The notes under the pieces were generated by a model. The model saw only the letters and a program-made list of their open reading frames with translations. It was not told where the DNA came from and searched no databases. From contig JAZQMY010000056.1 of assembly GCA_045627045.1 (NCBI GenBank), positions 47,995 through 111,994 on the forward strand: a stretch of 64,000 nucleotides of DNA. Reading direction: 5' to 3'. Below are positions 16,099-25,649 of this stretch, in pieces. Numbering within the stretch: position 1 is the first letter of the stretch; each line of letters opens with the position of its first letter. Made by a program: the position numbers and the translations under genes. This DNA comes from Clostridia bacterium (GTDB lineage: Bacteria > Bacillota > Clostridia > HGM11327).

Positions 16099-16845
16099 AT
16101 GTACGAAATAAATATTGAAACATTTCAGGGCCCTCTTGATGTACTGCTCTCTCTCATTTCAAAGCAGAAGGTGAGCATAGAGGACGTATCCATTGCCGAG
16201 ATAACGGATCAATATCTTGATTATCTCAAGGAAATGCAGGAGATGGACATTGAGGTCACATCGGAATTTACCGTTATGGCTTCGATACTTCTTTATATCA
16301 AATCAAAGAGCATGCTTCCGAAGACGGAAGAGGATGAGGAGGAAGGCGATCCTGAGGAGGAGCTTCGCCGCAGACTCATAGAATATAAGATGATAAAGGA
16401 AGCATCATTGATCCTTTCGCAGAGAGAAAGCGAATTCGCAGGTGTCTATACAAAGCTTCCGGAGGAAATCGTCGTTGACGAAGCCAATATGGAGCTGAAG
16501 GACATCAAGCCTTCAAGACTTGCGGAAGCCTTCGGAAAGATCCTTTCCAGAAAGCCTTACCTTGCGCCTGAGGAAAAGGTCATGAAGATGAAGCGTGATC
16601 CTATGACGATCACACAGGCGATGGATTACATACAGTTCATGTTGGTGGACAGACCGGCGGTTCTGTTTGAAGAGATTTTTGAACATTACGATTCAAGGCA
16701 GGAAATCGTGACCTTATTCATAGGCATGCTTGAACTGCTGAAAGAAAATATCATTACGGTTAATCAGGAGCATACCTTTGCACCTATCACCGTTTTAAGG
16801 GGCAGACAATGGATGAAAGAGAAAGAAGCGAGCGAACAGGAATAA
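16099..16845 (+). CDS. scpA: Segregation and condensation protein A (kleisin)
   Basis: 'FQGPLDVLLSLISKQKVSIEDVSIAEITDQYLDYL' N-terminus. Acidic linker. Followed by scpB. Confidence 0.85.
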   Translation: MYEINIETFQGPLDVLLSLISKQKVSIEDVSIAEITDQYLDYLKEMQEMDIEVTSEFTVMASILLYIKSKSMLPKTEEDEEEGDPEEELRRRLIEYKMIKEASLILSQRESEFAGVYTKLPEEIVVDEANMELKDIKPSRLAEAFGKILSRKPYLAPEEKVMKMKRDPMTITQAMDYIQFMLVDRPAVLFEEIFEHYDSRQEIVTLFIGMLELLKENIITVNQEHTFAPITVLRGRQWMKEKEASEQE

Positions 16846-17351
16846 TAGAATCCGTTATGTTTATGGCGGGAGAGCCCGTGAAGCTTTGTGACATTGCAAA
16901 ACTCTTTGAAATAAGCGAAGAAGAGGCAAAGGAAGCAATGCTTGATGCGACAGAAACATTCGAAAGAGAGAAAAGAGGACTTCAGATACTAGCTCTCGGA
17001 GACTGCTATCAGCTCACCACAAGAAGCGAGTTTGCTCCGTGGATTGATAAATTTACAGGCGTTGACAGAAAAAAGTCATTGCCGAATTCACTTGTCGAGA
17101 CTGTTGCCGTTATAGCGTACAAACAGCCTATCACAAGGGCAGAGGTTGAATATGTAAGGGGGGTCAAGTGCGATTACTCCGTAAAGAAGCTTCTTGAGCT
17201 CGGGCTCATCGATCAGGCGGGCAGAAAAGAAGTTCCCGGCAAGCCGTTCCTCTACGTTACAACACCCAAATTTTTGAAAACATTCGGTATTTCTTCTCTT
17301 GAGGAGCTTCCTGTTGTGGAGGTTTCGGAAGAAAATGCCGATGAAGAATAA
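16809..17351 (+). CDS. scpB: Segregation and condensation protein B
   Basis: 'GIIESVMFMAGEPVKLCDIAKLF' and 'IAYKQPITRAEVEYVRGVKCDYSVKKLLELGLI' winged-helix repeats. Overlaps the scpA 3' end. Confidence 0.85.
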   Translation: MDERERSERTGIIESVMFMAGEPVKLCDIAKLFEISEEEAKEAMLDATETFEREKRGLQILALGDCYQLTTRSEFAPWIDKFTGVDRKKSLPNSLVETVAVIAYKQPITRAEVEYVRGVKCDYSVKKLLELGLIDQAGRKEVPGKPFLYVTTPKFLKTFGISSLEELPVVEVSEENADEE

Positions 17352-17393
17352 AAAACCAGAAAAATTTTTGTTATTGAAAGGAAATAGCAAACA

Positions 17394-18248
17394 ATGTATA
17401 AGATCTTAAGAAAAAAGGAGCTCAACCCCACTGTAACACTTATGGAAGTTGAAGCACCTCTTATTGCAAGAAAGGCAGAACCGGGACAGTTCATCATTCT
17501 CCGTGTAGATGATTGCGGAGAGAGAATTCCTCTCACTATAGCTGATTTTGACCGTGAAAAGGGCTCAGTTACGATTATCTTCCAGATAGTCGGAGCAACA
17601 ACAGAAAAGCTCAATCATCTAAACGAAGGCGATTATATCTGTGATTTCGTAGGTCCTCTCGGAAAGAAGACAAATACGGAAGGCAAGAAAAAGGTCGCAG
17701 TTGTCGGCGGCGGCGTTGGCTCTGCCATTGCATATCCGGTAGCAAAGAAGTTCTTTGAGCAGGGAACAGAGGTTCACGTTATCGTAGGCTTCAGAACAAA
17801 GGATCTTGTTATCCTTGAGGACGAATTCAGAGCCGCAAGCAACAAGTTCATTCTTATGTCAGATGACGGCAGCTGCGGTGAAAAAGGACTTGTTACGGAT
17901 GCACTCAAGAAGCTTATCGACAGCGGTGAACAGTATGATGAGGTCATTACGATCGGACCGCTCATCATGATGAAGTTTGTATGCAAGCTCACAAAGGAGT
18001 ACGGCATAAAGACTGTTGCTTCAATGAACCCGATAATGATAGACGGAACAGGTATGTGCGGCGGATGCAGACTTTCTCTTATTCAGGACGGAAAGAGAGT
18101 TACGAAGTTTGCGTGCGTTGACGGCCCGGAATTTGACGGCCACGAGATAGACTTTGACGAGGCTATGGCAAGAGGCTCCATGTATAAGCCTTTTGAGATT
18201 GAAGCAAGAGAAAAGGTCTGCAATCTTTTCAAGCAGGAGGTAAAATAA
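17394..18248 (+). CDS. nfnA: Ferredoxin-NADP+ reductase-like FAD/NAD-binding subunit (NfnA/SudB, PyrK-like)
   Basis: 284 aa. 'PGQFIILRV' FAD-binding beta-barrel. C-terminal Cys cluster 'MCGGCRL...CVDGPEF'. Immediately upstream of a GltD-like subunit. Confidence 0.65.
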   Translation: MYKILRKKELNPTVTLMEVEAPLIARKAEPGQFIILRVDDCGERIPLTIADFDREKGSVTIIFQIVGATTEKLNHLNEGDYICDFVGPLGKKTNTEGKKKVAVVGGGVGSAIAYPVAKKFFEQGTEVHVIVGFRTKDLVILEDEFRAASNKFILMSDDGSCGEKGLVTDALKKLIDSGEQYDEVITIGPLIMMKFVCKLTKEYGIKTVASMNPIMIDGTGMCGGCRLSLIQDGKRVTKFACVDGPEFDGHEIDFDEAMARGSMYKPFEIEAREKVCNLFKQEVK

Positions 18249-18250
18249 TT

Positions 18251-19633
18251 ATGCCTAATATGTCATTAAAGAAAAACGAAATGCCTTCACAGGCTCCCGA
18301 TATAAGAAATAAGAATTTCCTTGAAGTTACTCTCGGTTATTCAGAGGAGCAGGCAATAGACGAGGCAAAGCGTTGCCTTAACTGTAAGAATCATCCCTGT
18401 GTCGGCGGTTGTCCGGTTCAGATACATATCCCGGAATTTATTTCACACGTTGCAAACGGTGAATTCGAGGAAGCATATCAGGTCATTTCCCGGTCAAGCT
18501 CACTTCCGGCAGTATGCGGAAGAGTTTGTCCTCAGGAAACACAGTGCGAAAGCAAGTGCGTAAGAGGAATCAAGGGCGAGCCTGTTGCGATCGGCAGACT
18601 TGAGAGATTCGTTGCCGACTGGCATAATGCAAACTCAACGGCAGCTCCTGTTGTTCCTGCTTCAAACGGCCACAAGGTTGCCGTGATCGGTTCAGGCCCG
18701 TCAGGACTTGCTTGCGCAGGCGATCTTGCAAAGAAGGGCTACAAGGTTACGATTTTTGAAGCACTTCACACTGCAGGCGGCGTGCTTGTTTACGGTATCC
18801 CTGAATTCCGTCTTCCGAAGGCTATTGTCAAGAAGGAGATAGAAGGACTCAAGGCTCTCGGCGTAGACATTCAGACGAACGTTGTAATCGGCAAGACTCT
18901 CTCAATCGAGGAACTCAAGACAGAGTTCGGCTTTGAAGCTGTCTTTATCGGCTCCGGAGCAGGTCTTCCTATGTTCATGAATATTCCCGGCGAAAACCTC
19001 AAAGGCGTTTATTCCGCAAACGAATTCCTCACTAGAATCAACCTCATGAAGGCTTATCAGCCTGACAGCGCAACGCCTATCCAGCACCCTGCAAAGGTTG
19101 CGGTAGTCGGCGGCGGAAACGTTGCTATGGACGCGGCAAGAAGCGCAAAGAGACTCGGAGCAGAGGTTTATATCGTTTACAGACGCGGTATGGAAGAGCT
19201 TCCTGCAAGACGTGAAGAGGTTGAGCACGCAATGGAAGAGGGCATCGTATTCAAGCTCCTCACAAATCCGACAGAGATCCTCGGCGACGAAAAAGGCAAT
19301 GTAAATGCCATCAAGTGCGTTGAGATGGAGCTCGGTGAACCTGATGCCTCAGGCAGACGTAAGCCTGTTGTAAAGCCTGACTCTGAATTTACTCTTGATG
19401 TTGATTGCGTGATCATGTCACTCGGTACTTCTCCGAATCCGCTCATCAAGTCAACAACAGAAGGTCTTCAGACAACTCCGAAGGGCTGCATTGTGGCAGA
19501 CGAGAACGGCCTTACATCGGTTGAGAATGTTTATGCAGGCGGTGACGCAGTTACAGGTGCTGCAACTGTAATCCTCGCTATGGGCGCAGGTAAGACGGCA
19601 GCGGCCGCAATAGACGAAAAGCTCAGCAAATAA
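18251..19633 (+). CDS. nfnB: NADPH-dependent glutamate-synthase-small-subunit-like oxidoreductase (NfnB/GltD/SudA-like)
   Basis: 460 aa. N-terminal Cys clusters 'CLNCKNHPCVGGCPV' and 'CGRVCPQETQCESKC'. Two dinucleotide-binding motifs 'VAVIGSGPSGLACA' and 'VAVVGGGNVAMD'. Confidence 0.7.
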   Translation: MPNMSLKKNEMPSQAPDIRNKNFLEVTLGYSEEQAIDEAKRCLNCKNHPCVGGCPVQIHIPEFISHVANGEFEEAYQVISRSSSLPAVCGRVCPQETQCESKCVRGIKGEPVAIGRLERFVADWHNANSTAAPVVPASNGHKVAVIGSGPSGLACAGDLAKKGYKVTIFEALHTAGGVLVYGIPEFRLPKAIVKKEIEGLKALGVDIQTNVVIGKTLSIEELKTEFGFEAVFIGSGAGLPMFMNIPGENLKGVYSANEFLTRINLMKAYQPDSATPIQHPAKVAVVGGGNVAMDAARSAKRLGAEVYIVYRRGMEELPARREEVEHAMEEGIVFKLLTNPTEILGDEKGNVNAIKCVEMELGEPDASGRRKPVVKPDSEFTLDVDCVIMSLGTSPNPLIKSTTEGLQTTPKGCIVADENGLTSVENVYAGGDAVTGAATVILAMGAGKTAAAAIDEKLSK

Positions 19634-19668
19634 TCTGCTTTTGCAAATACAGAAAAAAGATAAAAGAA

Positions 19669-19706
19669 ACCGTCGGTACTTCAAATCGGTACCGACGGTA
19701 TTTTTT
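19669..19706. terminator. Bidirectional intrinsic terminator between nfnB (+) and trpS (-)
   Basis: ACCGTCGGTAC-(9 nt)-GTACCGACGGT, a perfect 11-bp stem flanked by an A-tract and a T-tract. Confidence 0.7.
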
Positions 19707-19723
19707 ACACAGATGAATTGAAA

Positions 19724-20746
19724 TTACTTGTTCATTACAAAGCCGACTTTCTTGTAAACCTTGTTGAGTGTTCTCTGAGCGATGTGATCGGCTCTTTCGG
19801 CACCGTTTCTGAAGAGGTTTTCGAGGTAAGTCTTGTCCTTGATTATCCTGTTGTATTCAGCCTGGATCTTTGAGATGTTGTCTGCGGCACATTCTCCGAC
19901 CTTGAGCTTGAAGTCGCCGTAGCCCTTGCCCTCGAACTCCTTCTCGATTTCTTCATAAGTCTTGTCTGTGAAGCAGGAGTAGATGTTCATGAGGTTTGAA
20001 ATGCCGGGCTTGTTTTCCTGATCGAATTTAACAACGCAATCGGAATCTGTTACGGCACGCTTGACCTTGTTAACGATGACCTTAGGATCATCAAGCATTG
20101 AAATGTATGAGTTTGCATCCTCGCTTGACTTGGACATCTTCTTGTCAGGCTCCTGAAGGCTCATAATTCTTGCGCCTGCACGGGGAATGAAGCCCTCCGG
20201 CATCTTGAATACGTCGCCGTAGATGTTGTTGAATCTCTCTGCGATGTCTCTTGTAATTTCAATGTGCTGACGCTGATCCTCACCGACAGGAACAAGATCA
20301 GCCTGATAAAGAAGGATATCTGCTGCCATAAGAACAGGATATGTAAAGAGACCTGCATTGATGTTGTCAGCGTGCTTGAGACTCTTTTCCTTGAACTGAG
20401 TCATTCTGTTGAGCTCACCCATATAGGTGAATGTGTTGAGGACCCATGAAAGCTGTGCGTGAGCGGGAACGTGTGACTGGATGTAAATAATATTCTTCTC
20501 GGGATCAAGGCCGCAGGCGATGTAAAGTGCTGCAAGAGTCATTGAGTTCTGACGAAGCTTCTGGGGATCCTGTCTTACTGTAAGTGCGTGCATATCAACG
20601 ATGCAGTAGAGACAATCATAATCGTTCTGGAGGTTGACCCAGTTCTTTACGGCTCCGAGGTAGTTGCCGAGAGTGATGATTCCTGACGGCTGAATGCCGC
20701 TGAAAATTCTTTTCTTTGGTTCTTGTGTCTGTATTACTTCTTCCAT
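19724..20746 (-). CDS. trpS: Tryptophan--tRNA ligase
   Basis: 'IFSGIQPSGIITLGNYLGA' (class I HIGH-region variant typical of TrpS) and 'KMSKS'. Confidence 0.9.
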   Translation of the reverse strand: MEEVIQTQEPKKRIFSGIQPSGIITLGNYLGAVKNWVNLQNDYDCLYCIVDMHALTVRQDPQKLRQNSMTLAALYIACGLDPEKNIIYIQSHVPAHAQLSWVLNTFTYMGELNRMTQFKEKSLKHADNINAGLFTYPVLMAADILLYQADLVPVGEDQRQHIEITRDIAERFNNIYGDVFKMPEGFIPRAGARIMSLQEPDKKMSKSSEDANSYISMLDDPKVIVNKVKRAVTDSDCVVKFDQENKPGISNLMNIYSCFTDKTYEEIEKEFEGKGYGDFKLKVGECAADNISKIQAEYNRIIKDKTYLENLFRNGAERADHIAQRTLNKVYKKVGFVMNK

Positions 20747-20759
20747 TTTTAGACCTTCT

Positions 20760-21212
20760 TTATCTGAAATTGTTTATAGCGGACGTTGCAAGCTCATCGC
20801 AACGGTTATTGTTGACGTTGTCTGCGTGTCCTTTTACGTTAATGAATTCAACTTTATGTTCACGGGAAGCTTCAAGATAAGCTTTCCATAAATCAACGTT
20901 TTTTACAGGCTCTTTTGACGAATTTACCCAGCCTTTTTTCATCCAGCCCCATATCCAACCCTTATTGAATGCATTACAAACATATTGGCTGTCGGAATAG
21001 ACGGTAATATTACATGGAGACTTCAGCTTTTTCAGTGCTTCGATCACTGCGGTGAGCTCCATTCTGTTATTGGTGGTTTCGTGCTCGCCTCCTGAAATTT
21101 CAAGCTTGTGCTGAGCACCGCTCTGATCCGTGTAGAAGAGGATAGCACCCCATCCGCCGGGGCCTGGATTGCCGGAGCAGGCTCCGTCAGTATAAATTAT
21201 GACTTCCTTCAT
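20760..21212 (-). CDS. rnhA: Ribonuclease HI
   Basis: 'VIIYTDGACSGNPGPGGWGAIL' and 'ITVYSDSQYV' motifs. Confidence 0.85.
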   Translation of the reverse strand: MKEVIIYTDGACSGNPGPGGWGAILFYTDQSGAQHKLEISGGEHETTNNRMELTAVIEALKKLKSPCNITVYSDSQYVCNAFNKGWIWGWMKKGWVNSSKEPVKNVDLWKAYLEASREHKVEFINVKGHADNVNNNRCDELATSAINNFR

Positions 21213-22105
21213 GCTTTTGCGGCGGTTATCTTCTTTTCGGGAAGAAACATCCTGAGCTTGTTGTGCATTATGGAAACATTGAACTCAAGATTCTCGTATA
21301 TTTCTCCGTCGATTTCGATCGGATATTTTGTTTTTGAGATGATCTGCGCCTTGGTTGTCCTTCTGAAGAATGCTTTTTTGCTTTTGAGGATTTTTCCGGA
21401 AACGAGGTTCAGGAGAGTGATGGGCTTCTTGTACCATTTCATGCTGTTGATAAGAACAAAGTCTATAAGCCCGTCTTCTGTGTCGGCTTCGGGAGCAATC
21501 GGAATTCCACCGCCAAAATCCTTGCCGTTTCCTGCGCAGGCAATAAAGCATTCATGATCCGTGCAAGTGCTGTCTGTTTTTACGAGGATCTTTTTGCATT
21601 TGTACTTGATTAGGCTGATCACTGTTGAAATAAGATATTTTGCCTTGCCCTTGAGGATTTTGCTTGAATAGCAGCGCTTGAGAATATCCACATCAATACC
21701 CGTTCCGATTACGTTGATTCCTCTCACGCCGGAGCATTCCAGATAGTCAACATATCTTGTACTGCCGGAGAGAATGATTTCAAGTGCCTTGATCGCATCA
21801 ATCGGAATGCAGGCAGTCGAAGCAAAATCGTTTCCGCTGCCGCAGGGGATGAGACCGAGATTGACATTGGCGGGGTCTTCTATTCCGTTCAGAACCTCGT
21901 GAAGAGTTCCGTCACCGCCCAGAACAATAATGTCCCTGCATCCTGCAGTTGTGAGCTGCTTTGCAATTTCGGTAGCATGATGCTTGAAAAATGTCTTGTG
22001 GAATACGTGAGGGATATTCCTCTTTGTCAGCTCGGCAGAAATGACATCCTTGAATTTGAGGCATTTTCCGTTTCCGGCTGTCGGGTTATAAATGAAATTC
22101 AGCAT
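21209..22105 (-). CDS. Diacylglycerol kinase catalytic-domain family lipid kinase (YegS/BmrU-like)
   Basis: 'DIIVLGGDGTLHEVLNGI' and 'LGLIPCGSGNDFA' motifs. Confidence 0.8.
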   Translation of the reverse strand: MLNFIYNPTAGNGKCLKFKDVISAELTKRNIPHVFHKTFFKHHATEIAKQLTTAGCRDIIVLGGDGTLHEVLNGIEDPANVNLGLIPCGSGNDFASTACIPIDAIKALEIILSGSTRYVDYLECSGVRGINVIGTGIDVDILKRCYSSKILKGKAKYLISTVISLIKYKCKKILVKTDSTCTDHECFIACAGNGKDFGGGIPIAPEADTEDGLIDFVLINSMKWYKKPITLLNLVSGKILKSKKAFFRRTTKAQIISKTKYPIEIDGEIYENLEFNVSIMHNKLRMFLPEKKITAAKA

Positions 22106-22264
22106 GAATGATACTTTTCCTCTTAATACAATTATAAATTATATTATATATTAAAAGTAATTTTTTGTCAACAATGATAATTTGATTTTTAATAATATAT
22201 ACTTGAAATAATAAGCTTTATATGATAAAATAAACACAAAAATCAATATCGGAGAATTTTATTT

Positions 22265-22942
22265 ATGCGAATGAGAAGAATGAAAAATCTTGATGAATGC
22301 ATTGATTCATTCGGAGATTATTTTATCAGAGTTGACTACGGCAACCAGAATTCAAGTATTGTGGAGGAGAAGGATATTCACTATTTCGACTACGAAAAGT
22401 TATTCGGAAATTCAAATCCTGTTGAGCTTGAAATCGGCTGCGGAAAGGGTCAGTTCATAACAGAGCTTGCAAAGAGAACACCTGACATAAACTATTTTGC
22501 CGTGGAGAAGAATCCTTCTGTCCTTGCAATGGCGGCAAGAAAGGCTCTTGACGAGGGCGTGAAGAACGTCCGCTTTATGTGCTGCAGTGCGGAATATCTT
22601 GAGAGATATTTTCAACCGAAATCAATAGGACGTCTTTACCTCAATTTCTCATGTCCGTTCCCGAAGGGCACATACAGGAACAGAAGATTGACTTATCCGA
22701 AGTTCCTTGAAATATACAAAAAAATACTTACTGATGACGCCGAAATCCATCAGAAGACAGACAATATGCACTTCTTTGAATTTTCAATAGAGCAGTTCTC
22801 GCAGAACGGCTTCGGCTTGAAGAATGTCACTCTTGATCTGCACCATTCGGGCTTTGAGGGTAATATCGTAACGGAGTATGAACAGAGATTCCTTGATCTC
22901 GGTCAGCCGATTTACAGGCTCGAAGCTTATATGATTAAATAA
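22265..22942 (+). CDS. trmB: tRNA (guanine46-N7)-methyltransferase
   Basis: 'VELEIGCGKGQFITELAKRTPDINYFAVEK' SAM-binding motif. 225 aa. Confidence 0.85.
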   Translation: MRMRRMKNLDECIDSFGDYFIRVDYGNQNSSIVEEKDIHYFDYEKLFGNSNPVELEIGCGKGQFITELAKRTPDINYFAVEKNPSVLAMAARKALDEGVKNVRFMCCSAEYLERYFQPKSIGRLYLNFSCPFPKGTYRNRRLTYPKFLEIYKKILTDDAEIHQKTDNMHFFEFSIEQFSQNGFGLKNVTLDLHHSGFEGNIVTEYEQRFLDLGQPIYRLEAYMIK

Positions 22943-23000
22943 AATCAATAGAAAAATAAAGAATTATCAAAAATATTTATTGAAAAACGATAAAAACCTA

Positions 23001-23029
23001 TTGACAATATGAGAAATCTGCGGTATAAT
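23001..23029 (+). promoter_or_regulatory. Consensus sigma-A promoter (TTGACA-17-TATAAT) for the membrane-protein gene
   Basis: Exact -35 and -10 hexamers with a 17-nt spacer, 34 nt upstream of ATG 23063. Confidence 0.6.
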
Positions 23030-23062
23030 AAAGACACTTAATCAAGTAAGGAGTATTAATTT

Positions 23063-24694
23063 ATGAGTGAAGTTCAGACTGAAACCCAGAAAACATTTTC
23101 AACTGCAGATACGATTTTTGCGTGGCTGTGCTTTGTTGCATGCTATTTGTATTGCAGAGTATTTCCGGCAACGATAAATCCGCTTGGCGGAGCGCTCGTT
23201 CTCGGAGGCCTTTTTATTGTGGCATTCATCGTATTTGCCGCAAACGGAGCAAAGCCGTCGAAGAAAGGAGTTCTTTCGGCAATATCGTCGCTTCTGCTTC
23301 TTTTGTCGCTTGTAGTCACATCGGATGAATTCCTGCACTTTTTTGCATTCGGCTATTCGATGCTCTCCTTCATATATTTTATTTATTCCGCATGGAAAAA
23401 CAATATTGAAGAAGATCTTTCGGATTTCGTGCTTGCGGACTATTTCAAGGCTCTCGTGATAATGCCTTTTGCATCATTCGGTGCTCCGTTCGTGAAGAAC
23501 CTTATGCCCGGCGGCTCAAAGGGAAAGAAGACGGCTGTCAGCGTGATAGCAGGCATACTTCTTGCCATTATTCCTACTGCGTTAGTTCTATCGCTTCTTT
23601 CGTATGACAGGGATTTTTTACACATAATATCAACATTTCTGAAATTGTCATGGGATGGCTTTTTTTCACAGTTCTTCAGTGTGACATTCGGCTTCCTGAT
23701 GGCAATGTATGTTTTCGGTGCTTACCATTCATCAAAAAATAAAAAATGTAAAGAGATTATAACAAGAGACAGTTGCAAGAAAGCATCGGGAAAGATAAAG
23801 TTTATTTCGCCGGTTACGGCAATAATTGCGGTGGTTCCTGTAATAGCGGTTTATGTTATTTTCTTTGTTTCACAGTGGAAATACTATGTTGCTGGATTCA
23901 CGGGCGTGCTTCCCGAGAACTTCATTTATTCTGAATATGCGAGGGAAGGCTTCTTCCAGCTTTGCACTGTTGCGGCAATCAATCTTGTGATAATTGCGGT
24001 CATGCTTCTTTTCACAAAGCTCAGAAATGAGAAAACGCATCCGATTGTCAGGATCCTCTCCGTGATTATTTCCGTATGCACGTTTGTGCTCATGAGCACG
24101 GCATTCTCAAAGCTTGTGATGTATATAAAGCACTTCGGACTTACACAGCTGAGAGTATATTCGGCTTGGTTTATGATACTGCTCGTTTTCGTGTTCGCAC
24201 TTGTGATAGTCAAGCAGATCAAAACCGATTTCAAGCTTATTCCTGTTGCATTCATCCTTTGCGTTGTTTTCTATACGGTTCTGTCATTTTCAGGTGTGAA
24301 CGGATTTATTGCAAAGTATAATACGGACAGATATTTTGACGGCTCAATTCCTGAAGTTGACCTTCAGACTATATATGACCTGGGAGATGAGGCGGTTCCT
24401 CAGCTTGAGAGAATAGCAAATGACCTCGACAAAAAGTACGGTACGAATATTGCAGAGTTTGCGGCATATTCATACAGTGATAAGCCTACGGAAAATATAG
24501 ATAAGACATTGTATGAGAAAATGGATCGGAAGGACCGCAAAATATATGACAGTCTTGCGCTTGAACTCTGGAATTCAGCTAACTATTTTGAAAAGGAGTT
24601 CAAGTCGATGACTATTCCACACTACAAAGCAGGAAAGACGCTTGAAAGACTTGGCTTCACACTTGATGATGAGCGGAAAACAAGAGAAGGATAA
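23063..24694 (+). CDS. Polytopic membrane protein of unknown function with a C-terminal soluble domain
   Basis: 543 aa; about 11-12 hydrophobic segments in the first 400 aa, then a charged soluble tail. Confidence 0.5.
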   Translation: MSEVQTETQKTFSTADTIFAWLCFVACYLYCRVFPATINPLGGALVLGGLFIVAFIVFAANGAKPSKKGVLSAISSLLLLLSLVVTSDEFLHFFAFGYSMLSFIYFIYSAWKNNIEEDLSDFVLADYFKALVIMPFASFGAPFVKNLMPGGSKGKKTAVSVIAGILLAIIPTALVLSLLSYDRDFLHIISTFLKLSWDGFFSQFFSVTFGFLMAMYVFGAYHSSKNKKCKEIITRDSCKKASGKIKFISPVTAIIAVVPVIAVYVIFFVSQWKYYVAGFTGVLPENFIYSEYAREGFFQLCTVAAINLVIIAVMLLFTKLRNEKTHPIVRILSVIISVCTFVLMSTAFSKLVMYIKHFGLTQLRVYSAWFMILLVFVFALVIVKQIKTDFKLIPVAFILCVVFYTVLSFSGVNGFIAKYNTDRYFDGSIPEVDLQTIYDLGDEAVPQLERIANDLDKKYGTNIAEFAAYSYSDKPTENIDKTLYEKMDRKDRKIYDSLALELWNSANYFEKEFKSMTIPHYKAGKTLERLGFTLDDERKTREG

Positions 24695-24737
24695 GTCCGA
24701 AGGAAAAGAAAAACGATAAAACCGGTATAAACGAATT

Positions 24738-24775
24738 GCTCCTCCGCACTTGAAAAGATACGGAGGAGCTTTTTT
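24738..24775. terminator. Bidirectional terminator between convergent genes
   Basis: GCTCCTCCG-(14 nt)-CGGAGGAGC, a 9-bp stem, followed by TTTTTT. Confidence 0.6.
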
Positions 24776-25350
24776 CAGTTCATATAATTGACCTTGAGCT
24801 TGATTTTTTCAGAGACATCATTCTTGATTTTTGATATCAGCTCTGTTGCCATTTCGTAATAGCAGCTGGAATCTTCGAATTTACGTCTTGAATGCAGATA
24901 TCTGTATGCTGCCCAGAGCGAGAAGACATTGTGATATTCTTTCGGAATGACGGGCATATTTGTTGCGGTTGAAACGGTGAGGCTTACGATAGGATTCTGA
25001 TTTACAAGAAGCGCAGGCATATAGTTATAGGTAATGACCACGTTCTGTGCGGATGTTCTTACGGAAATAATGTTTCCGACATTTCTTTCCCAGAGAAGTC
25101 TTTCTCCGGAGAGGCTTGTGATCTTTCTGATTCCGAGAAGCTCGTTGTTCAGGGAATCCGTATTGAATTCGTGATCACTGTCAAGTCGGACAGTTTCCTT
25201 TGCGAAAAGCCTGTATGCATCCGTCATTATCCTTCTGTAAACCTCGTTATAAGCGGTGAGAAAGAATGCGGAAAGCTCGGTTCTTGCTTCGTTATCGACG
25301 GGCCTTCTGATGTACTGAAGAGAAAGCGTATCAAGTTCGTATACGTTCAT
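24775..25350 (-). CDS. Phage-derived protein (head-morphogenesis/minor head protein candidate), 191 aa; start at the RBS-supported ATG 25350
   Basis: Last gene of the terminase-portal module. GGAGG lies 8 nt upstream of the ATG at 25350. No assignable motif. Confidence 0.35.
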   Translation of the reverse strand: MNVYELDTLSLQYIRRPVDNEARTELSAFFLTAYNEVYRRIMTDAYRLFAKETVRLDSDHEFNTDSLNNELLGIRKITSLSGERLLWERNVGNIISVRTSAQNVVITYNYMPALLVNQNPIVSLTVSTATNMPVIPKEYHNVFSLWAAYRYLHSRRKFEDSSCYYEMATELISKIKNDVSEKIKLKVNYMN

Positions 25351-25366
25351 TGTGAATTCCTCCGGA

Positions 25367-25624
25367 TTAAATGCCGAGTCTTCCTGCCTGGAGAAGAAGG
25401 AGATATACTGATTCCGGGACTTCCACGGAAACGCCGCACTGGATTCTGAATACGTATCCGTTGCAGCAAAGCTCAACTGTTGAAGGTCTGCCTTCTATTA
25501 CTGGGAGAATTACGGTGTATCTGATGTCGTCGGCAAGCTCTTTGGCGATTTCCTGAATGCCTTTGTCGATTTCGCTGTCGGTGAGTCTTTTTGAAATGCT
25601 GTCTGTTGTGTTGATGTTTTTCAT
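25367..25624 (-). CDS. Small phage-derived protein (85 aa)
   Basis: Tightly packed between the portal gene and the following gene. Confidence 0.3.
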   Translation of the reverse strand: MKNINTTDSISKRLTDSEIDKGIQEIAKELADDIRYTVILPVIEGRPSTVELCCNGYVFRIQCGVSVEVPESVYLLLLQAGRLGI

Positions 25625-25649
25625 AGTTGATTATCCTTTCTTGTTTTGT

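Noticed and set aside
17394-19633. nfnA/nfnB-like pair considered as a possible unusual redox system
   Set aside because: A small FAD/NAD subunit plus a GltD-like subunit with Cys clusters is the standard NfnAB/SudAB arrangement, widespread in anaerobic Firmicutes.
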